From Burkholderiales bacterium (GTDB lineage: Bacteria; Pseudomonadota; Gammaproteobacteria; Burkholderiales; SG8-41), in assembly GCA_050741255.1 (NCBI GenBank), contig JBOIEQ010000001.1, forward strand, positions 9,473 to 73,472: a DNA stretch of 64,000 nt, in the 5' to 3' direction. Positions within the stretch are counted from its first letter, which is position 1, and every line of letters starts with the position of its first letter. Made by a program: the position numbers and the translations under genes. Below the pieces are notes generated by a model. The model saw only the letters and a program-made list of their open reading frames with translations. It searched no databases and had not been told where the DNA came from. Shown here in pieces: positions 60,480 through 64,000 of this stretch.

Positions 60480-61307
60480 ATGCCCACCACGGCCCCCCTG
60501 CCGGTCGACCACTACGAGAATTTCCCGGTCGCGTCCTGGCTGCTGCCGGCGCGGCTGCGGCATCCCGTCAGCGTCATCTACCGGTTCGCGAGGGCTGCGG
60601 ACGATTTCGCCGACGAGGGCGACCTGCCCGATGCGGAGCGATTGCGCCGGCTGGCCGCATTCGGCGCGGAACTCGACCGGATCGCGCGCGGGGCGACGCC
60701 CGAAACGGCGCTGTTCCGCGCCCTCGCCCCGCTCGTCGCCGAACACGGGCTGCCGCTCACCGCCTTCCATGACCTGCTGTCCGCCTTCAGTCAGGACGTC
60801 ACCAAAAAACGCTACCGCGATCACGCCGACGTGATGGACTACTGCCGGCGCTCCGCCGATCCGGTGGGCCGGCTGCTGCTCGCGCTGTATCGCGCCGCAA
60901 CGCCGGACAACCTGCGGCGGGCGGACGCCGTCTGCTCCGCGCTCCAGATCATCAACTTCCTGCAGGACATCGCCATCGACTGGCGCATCGGCCGCGTCTA
61001 CCTGCCGCAGGACGAAATGGCCGGCTACGGCATCACCGAGGCGCAGATCGCCGCCGGCGATACGGGCGGCCGCTGGCGGGAGTTCATGGCGGTGCAGGTC
61101 TCCCGCGCCCGCGCCATGCTGATGGCAGGGGCGCCGCTCGGCCGCGTGCTCCCCGGCCGCATCGGCCTGGAACTGCGCACCATCGTCGCCGGTGGCGCGC
61201 GCATCCTCGAAAAAATCGAAGCCGCGGACTACGATGTCTTCCGCCGCCGTCCCATGCTGCGGGCGTGGGACTGGCCGCTGCTGCTCGCCCGGGCTTTTTT
61301 CAAATGA
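60480..61307 (+). CDS. hpnC: squalene synthase HpnC (hydroxysqualene synthase; squalene/phytoene synthase family)
   Basis: DHYENFPVASWLLPARLRHPVSVIYRFARAADDFADEG...NFLQDIAIDWRIGRVYLPQDEM. Confidence 0.8.
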   Translation: MPTTAPLPVDHYENFPVASWLLPARLRHPVSVIYRFARAADDFADEGDLPDAERLRRLAAFGAELDRIARGATPETALFRALAPLVAEHGLPLTAFHDLLSAFSQDVTKKRYRDHADVMDYCRRSADPVGRLLLALYRAATPDNLRRADAVCSALQIINFLQDIAIDWRIGRVYLPQDEMAGYGITEAQIAAGDTGGRWREFMAVQVSRARAMLMAGAPLGRVLPGRIGLELRTIVAGGARILEKIEAADYDVFRRRPMLRAWDWPLLLARAFFK

Positions 61308-61310
61308 TTT

Positions 61311-61404
61311 GCCGCCAAGACGCCAAGACGCCAAGGTTCTCGTTGGCCCCGCCAGCCCTCCATTCGCACATCGCCTTTCCTTGGCGTCTTGGCGTCTTGG
61401 CGGC
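61311..61404. repeat. REP family A copy: perfect 26-bp inverted repeat with 42-nt spacer in the hpnC-hpnD gap
   Basis: GCCGCCAAGACGCCAAGACGCCAAGG (61311..61336) and CCTTGGCGTCTTGGCGTCTTGGCGGC (61379..61404) are exact reverse complements. The arms are tandem CCAAGACG units. Confidence 0.7.
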
Positions 61405-61425
61405 GATCCTGCTTTACCCCCGTCG

Positions 61426-62259
61426 ATGACCCCCGACCAATACTGCCAGGACAAGGCCGCGAAAAGCGGCTCCAGCTTCTACTACGCCTTCCTGTTCCTG
61501 CCGCCGCCGCGCCGCCGCGCCATCACGGCGCTGTACGCCTACTGCCGCGAGGTGGACGACGTGGTGGACGAATGCACCGACGCCGACATCGCGCACACTA
61601 AACTCGAATGGTGGCGCCATGAAGTGCGCGCGATTGCCACGGGCAAGGCACAACACCCGGTGACGCGCGCGCTCGCCGCGGTCGACCCTTCCATCCGGCT
61701 GGACGAGGCCCGGCTGCTCGAGATCATCGACGGCATGGAAATGGATCTCACCCATGCGCGCTACGCCGACTATGCAACGCTCGAACGCTACTGCCACCTG
61801 GTCGCGGGCGTGGTCGGCCTCCTGTCGGCGGAAATCTTCGGTTACACCGATCCGCGCACGCCGGAGTACGCGCATGAACTGGGCCTTGCCTTCCAGCTGA
61901 CCAACATCGTGCGCGACGTGGGCGAGGACGCCCGGCGCGGCCGCATTTACCTGCCGATGGAAGACCTCGCGCGCTTCAACGTGCCTGCCGGGGACATCCT
62001 GCAGGCGCGCGAGACGCCGGCCTTCATCGAACTCATGCGTTTTCAGGTGGCGCGGGCACAGGCAACTTATACGCGCGCATTCAGCCTGCTGCCGGCAACC
62101 GACCGCAAGGCGCAGCGGGCCGGACTCATGATGGCCGCGATCTACCGCGCGCTGCTCGACGAAATCGATGCCGACGGTTGCCGCGTGCTCAGTCACCGCA
62201 CGTCGCTGACACCCCTGCGCAAACTGTGGCTCGCGTGGACCACCTGGATCAAAGGCTAA
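61426..62259 (+). CDS. hpnD: presqualene diphosphate synthase HpnD
   Basis: SSFYYAFLFLPPPRRRAITALYAYCREVDDVVDE...QLTNIVRDVGEDARRGRIYLPMEDL. Confidence 0.8.
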   Translation: MTPDQYCQDKAAKSGSSFYYAFLFLPPPRRRAITALYAYCREVDDVVDECTDADIAHTKLEWWRHEVRAIATGKAQHPVTRALAAVDPSIRLDEARLLEIIDGMEMDLTHARYADYATLERYCHLVAGVVGLLSAEIFGYTDPRTPEYAHELGLAFQLTNIVRDVGEDARRGRIYLPMEDLARFNVPAGDILQARETPAFIELMRFQVARAQATYTRAFSLLPATDRKAQRAGLMMAAIYRALLDEIDADGCRVLSHRTSLTPLRKLWLAWTTWIKG

Positions 62260-62262
62260 GCA

Positions 62263-63018
62263 ATGGACCTGCAGCTGCAAGGCAAGACAGCACTCGTGAC
62301 GGGCGCGAGCATGGGAATTGGCCGCGCCATCGCCAAGGGACTCGCCGCCGAGGGCGTGCGGGTGTGCATCGCTGCCCGGCGCAAACCCTTGCTGGAAGCA
62401 TTGGCGGCGGAAATCGTCGCCGCGGGCGGTCCCGCCCCCGTCATCGTCGACATCGACGTCATGCCAGAAGGTGCGCCGCAACGGCTGGCCGATGCCGCGC
62501 GCCAGGCATTGGGCGGCATCGACATCCTGATCAACTCCGCGGGCGGCAGCCAGCCGGCCCTCGCGCTCGATGCGCCGGAATCGGACTGGGAAACGGCGAT
62601 GACGCTCAACTTCGTCCGCGTGCGGCAGATCACGCACGCGTTGCTGCCCGGCATGGTCGAGCGCCAGTGGGGGCGCATCATCAATATCACCGGCAAGTCC
62701 GAGCCGGAGCGGCTCATCGCGGCGACGCCGAGCAAGGCCGCCGTGCATGCCTGGTCCAAGGGCCTGTCGCGCGAAGTCGGCCCATCCGGCATCACGGTCA
62801 ACTGCATCCCGCCGGGCCGCATCATGAGCGAGCAGATCCGCCGCAAGTACACGCCGGAGTTTCGCGCCGAACAGTCCGCGAAGGAAATCCCCGTGGGCCG
62901 TTACGGCGAACCCGAGGAACTCGCGGCGCTGGCCGTGTTTCTCGCCTCGCCGGTCGCGCGCTACATCACCGGCGCCGTGCTGCCCGTCGACGGCGGGCTG
63001 CGCCGTTACGCGTTCTGA
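62263..63018 (+). CDS. SDR-family oxidoreductase
   Basis: GKTALVTGASMGIGRAIA, NSAG, and the region where the catalytic YxxxK normally lies (SKAAVHAWSKGLSRE). 251 aa. Confidence 0.85.
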   Translation: MDLQLQGKTALVTGASMGIGRAIAKGLAAEGVRVCIAARRKPLLEALAAEIVAAGGPAPVIVDIDVMPEGAPQRLADAARQALGGIDILINSAGGSQPALALDAPESDWETAMTLNFVRVRQITHALLPGMVERQWGRIINITGKSEPERLIAATPSKAAVHAWSKGLSREVGPSGITVNCIPPGRIMSEQIRRKYTPEFRAEQSAKEIPVGRYGEPEELAALAVFLASPVARYITGAVLPVDGGLRRYAF

Positions 63019-63067
63019 TCCCGGCCCCGAAGTTATAATCAAACGTCGAGTTACCACGAGAATCGGC

Positions 63068-64000
63068 ATGCAAACCAAAATTCCCTGCGTGATCATGCGC
63101 GGCGGCACGTCGCGCGGCCCATTCTTCAAGCTCGCCGACCTGCCCGCCGACACCGCCACGCGCGATGCGGTGCTGCTGTCGGTCATGGGTTCCCCGCATG
63201 AAATCCAGGTGGACGGCATCGGCGGCTCGCACACCGTCACCAGCAAGGTCGCGATGATCGGCAAGTCGAAGCGGCCGGACGCCGACGTGGACTACCTGTT
63301 CGCGCAGGTGGAGATCGAGGAGGCCCGCGTCGACACCAAGCCGAACTGCGGCAACATGCTGGTCGCGGTCGGCCCGTTCGCCATCGAGGCCGGAATCGTC
63401 CCGGCGAAGAACGGCGAAACCACCGTGCGCATCTACAACGTCAACACGCAGTCACTGGTCGAGGCGATCGTGCAGACGCCCGGCGGACAGGTCACGTATG
63501 AAGGCAATGCCTCCATCGACGGCGTGCGTGGCACGGCGGCCCCGGTGGGCATCAACTTCAAAAGCGCCATCGGCTCGGTCACAAAAAAAATGCTGCCGAC
63601 CGGCAAGCCCCTCGACGTGATCGACGGCGTCGAGGTGAGCTGCGTCGATGTGGCGATGCCGACGATCTTGATGCGCGCGGCGGACTTCGGCAAGACCGGC
63701 TATGAAACGCCCAATGAGCTCGACGCCGACCGCGCGCTGTTCCAGCGCATGGAAGCGATCCGCCTGCAGGCGGGCCGGCTGATGGGCATGGGCGACGTCT
63801 CAAAATCCGTCGTGCCCAAGATCGCCCTCCTCGCCCCGCCGCGCCAGGGCGGCACCATCACCTCGCGCTACTTCGTCCCGACGTCCTGCCACAAGGCGCA
63901 CGCCGTCACCGGCACCGTGTGCGTGGCCTCGGCCTGCGCAATTCCCGGCACGATCGCGGAAAAAATCGCCGGCCGCACGCAAGCGCCGCAGGGCGTGATC
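63068..64000 (+). CDS. PrpF-family isomerase (4-oxalomesaconate tautomerase / 2-methylaconitate isomerase-like), 3' end beyond the window
   Basis: Own translation: MQTKIPCVIMRGGTSRGPFFKLADLP...KPNCGNMLVAVGPFAIEAG...VSCVDVAMPTILMRAAD...TSCHKAHAVTGTVCVASA. Open to position 64000. Not in the ORF track because there is no stop in the window. Confidence 0.8.
   Translation, partial: MQTKIPCVIMRGGTSRGPFFKLADLPADTATRDAVLLSVMGSPHEIQVDGIGGSHTVTSKVAMIGKSKRPDADVDYLFAQVEIEEARVDTKPNCGNMLVAVGPFAIEAGIVPAKNGETTVRIYNVNTQSLVEAIVQTPGGQVTYEGNASIDGVRGTAAPVGINFKSAIGSVTKKMLPTGKPLDVIDGVEVSCVDVAMPTILMRAADFGKTGYETPNELDADRALFQRMEAIRLQAGRLMGMGDVSKSVVPKIALLAPPRQGGTITSRYFVPTSCHKAHAVTGTVCVASACAIPGTIAEKIAGRTQAPQGVI

Noticed and set aside
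63583-63590. A8 homopolymer inside the PrpF-family gene as a possible slippage or phase-variation site.
   Set aside because: It reads in-frame as Thr-Lys-Lys in an otherwise intact ORF. There is no alternative-frame continuation of note and no contingency-locus context.

Overview
High-GC (roughly two-thirds G+C) chromosomal window with the gene order and repeat types of a betaproteobacterium (Burkholderiales-like). I support about 55 protein genes, 7 tRNAs, several intrinsic terminators and promoters, and four kinds of palindromic REP-like repeats. I saw no transposase, integrase, CRISPR array or rRNA.

Left half (1-34 kb): accessory and catabolic genes. It holds eight Bug/TctC-type periplasmic binding-protein genes. 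It also holds two paralogous modules of hydantoinase/oxoprolinase plus FAD oxidase: one with a fused A-B enzyme (1621..5397) and one with split hyuA/hyuB (27544..31328). Other genes encode a GntR regulator, an MFS transporter, a gamma-glutamyltransferase, gltX, and a small islet of unknown genes next to tRNA-Glu/tRNA-Ala.

Right half (34-64 kb): conserved housekeeping synteny. The order is nhaA, nudC, dnaQ-rnhA-methyltransferase-gloB-mltD, a YejABEF-like peptide ABC importer, fabI, ppiD, tRNA-Asp/Val, hupB, lon-clpX-clpP-tig, tRNA-Leu, hpnC-hpnD, an SDR gene and a PrpF-family isomerase gene.

Most noteworthy observations:
1. Two adjacent same-frame ORFs at 902..1444(-) are joined by an in-frame TGA. 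Read-through gives a 180-aa UGSC-motif selenoprotein, and a SECIS-like hairpin starts 11 nt after the UGA. The gene is translationally coupled to an unrecognised Cys-rich partner gene.
2. A divergent Hfq paralogue with basic N- and C-terminal extensions sits at the end of a catabolic operon (33792..34142).
3. A 24-nt exact copy of the tRNA-Glu(UUC) anticodon arm lies in the structured leader of a Tat-secreted FAD/BBE oxidase gene, which is paired with an atypical kinase-fold gene.
4. A GTGAGGG-type palindromic repeat is translated in-frame as the inter-domain linker of the fused ABC ATPase and also supplies the C-terminus of RNase H.

Nothing here is demonstrably a new multi-gene system. The selenoprotein pair and the oxidase/kinase islet are the best candidates for undescribed biology.
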